From the NCBI GenBank assembly GCA_002269645.1, contig NIVC01000561.1:124001-188000 (forward strand): a stretch of DNA of 64,000 bases. Reading direction: 5' to 3'. Shown here piece by piece: positions 63,385 to 64,000 of this stretch. The notes beneath the pieces were generated by a model. That model was not told the DNA's origin, searched no databases, and saw nothing but the letters and a program-made list of their open reading frames with translations. The stretch comes from Macrostomum lignano (Eukaryota). How positions within the stretch are numbered: position 1 is the first letter of the stretch; each line of letters starts with the position of its first letter. A program made the position numbers and the translations under genes.

Positions 63385-63710
63385 GAAAGCGCCAGCACCG
63401 GAGGCGTCAGCACCGGGGGCGCCAGCACCGGGGGCGCCAGCACCGGGGGCGCCAGCACCGGGGGCGCCAGCACCGGGGGCGCCAGCACCGGGGGCGCCAG
63501 CACCGGGGGCGCCAGCACCGGGGGCGCCAGCACCGGGGGCGCCAGCACCGGGGGCGCCAGCACCGGGGGCGCCAGCACCGGGGGCGCCAGCACCGGGGGC
63601 GCCAGCACCGGGGGCGCCAGCACCGGGGGCGCCAGCACCGGGAGCGCCAGCACCGGGGGCGCCAGCACCGGGGGCGCCAGCACTGGGGGCGCGGCGGCGC
63701 CAGCACCCTA
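63385..63710. repeat. 15-bp GC-rich minisatellite (GGCGCCAGCACCGGG), about 19-20 copies
   Basis: Near-perfect period-15 array with a G5 run per unit junction. Confidence 0.96.
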
Positions 63711-64000
63711 ATTATATTGAGTACTATAGTAACCATAAATCTGCACAGAAACTTGAAAATCCACCTTAGAGATTAAATTGTGCGCGACCATCAAACTTCG
63801 AAGTTCGAAGCAATTCGAAGCTGCATGCATATGCACACACATGTCATGCTGTACCACATGCATATCTTCACTGGCTCAATCCATCTTACAGGTAAATAGG
63901 AGCGGATGTTTACAGTATACAGCAGGCGCGGCACAGCAAACTGTTTACTGCAATTTCAAAATGTAGAGGATAAGCATTGAGCATCCATCCACACAGCTGG

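Noticed and set aside
60238-63776. 680-aa HQETGAPTKR ORF and RQHRG/LAPPV ORFs
   Set aside because: Translations of 20-bp and 15-bp tandem repeats lacking stops by composition.

Overview
Eukaryotic (animal, probably invertebrate) genomic DNA with GT-AG introns, GC-rich exons and many mini/microsatellites. The style is reminiscent of free-living flatworm assemblies, but the species cannot be confirmed from sequence alone. Most long entries in the ORF track are artefacts of tandem repeats. Left to right: (1) the first four exons of a kexin/furin-family proprotein convertase (- strand, continues leftwards); (2) a full-length Ty3/Gypsy LTR retrotransposon (5719-10028, 5-bp TSD GTTAT, two frameshifts); (3) the main finding, a tandem array of spliced genes encoding ankyrin repeats fused to a Mab-21/cGAS-like (cGLR-type) nucleotidyltransferase plus a variable helical C-terminal region and an acidic tail exon. 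The array has two near-complete copies (A 10417-15013, C 25073-29136, each with one 1-nt homopolymer frameshift), a rearranged pseudogene (B 17683-19783) and an exon-3-only remnant (~30684-30910), interspersed with a 24-bp satellite, tRNA-derived SINEs and a probable Polinton/Maverick fragment; (4) a 2-exon calmodulin-like EF-hand gene (-); (5) a 6-exon SSUH2 homologue (+); (6) a 6-exon calpain-5/TRA-3-type calpain (-); (7) a repeat-rich non-coding right end. Gene models were spliced by hand from GT/AG sites and phase compatibility, with no transcript support.
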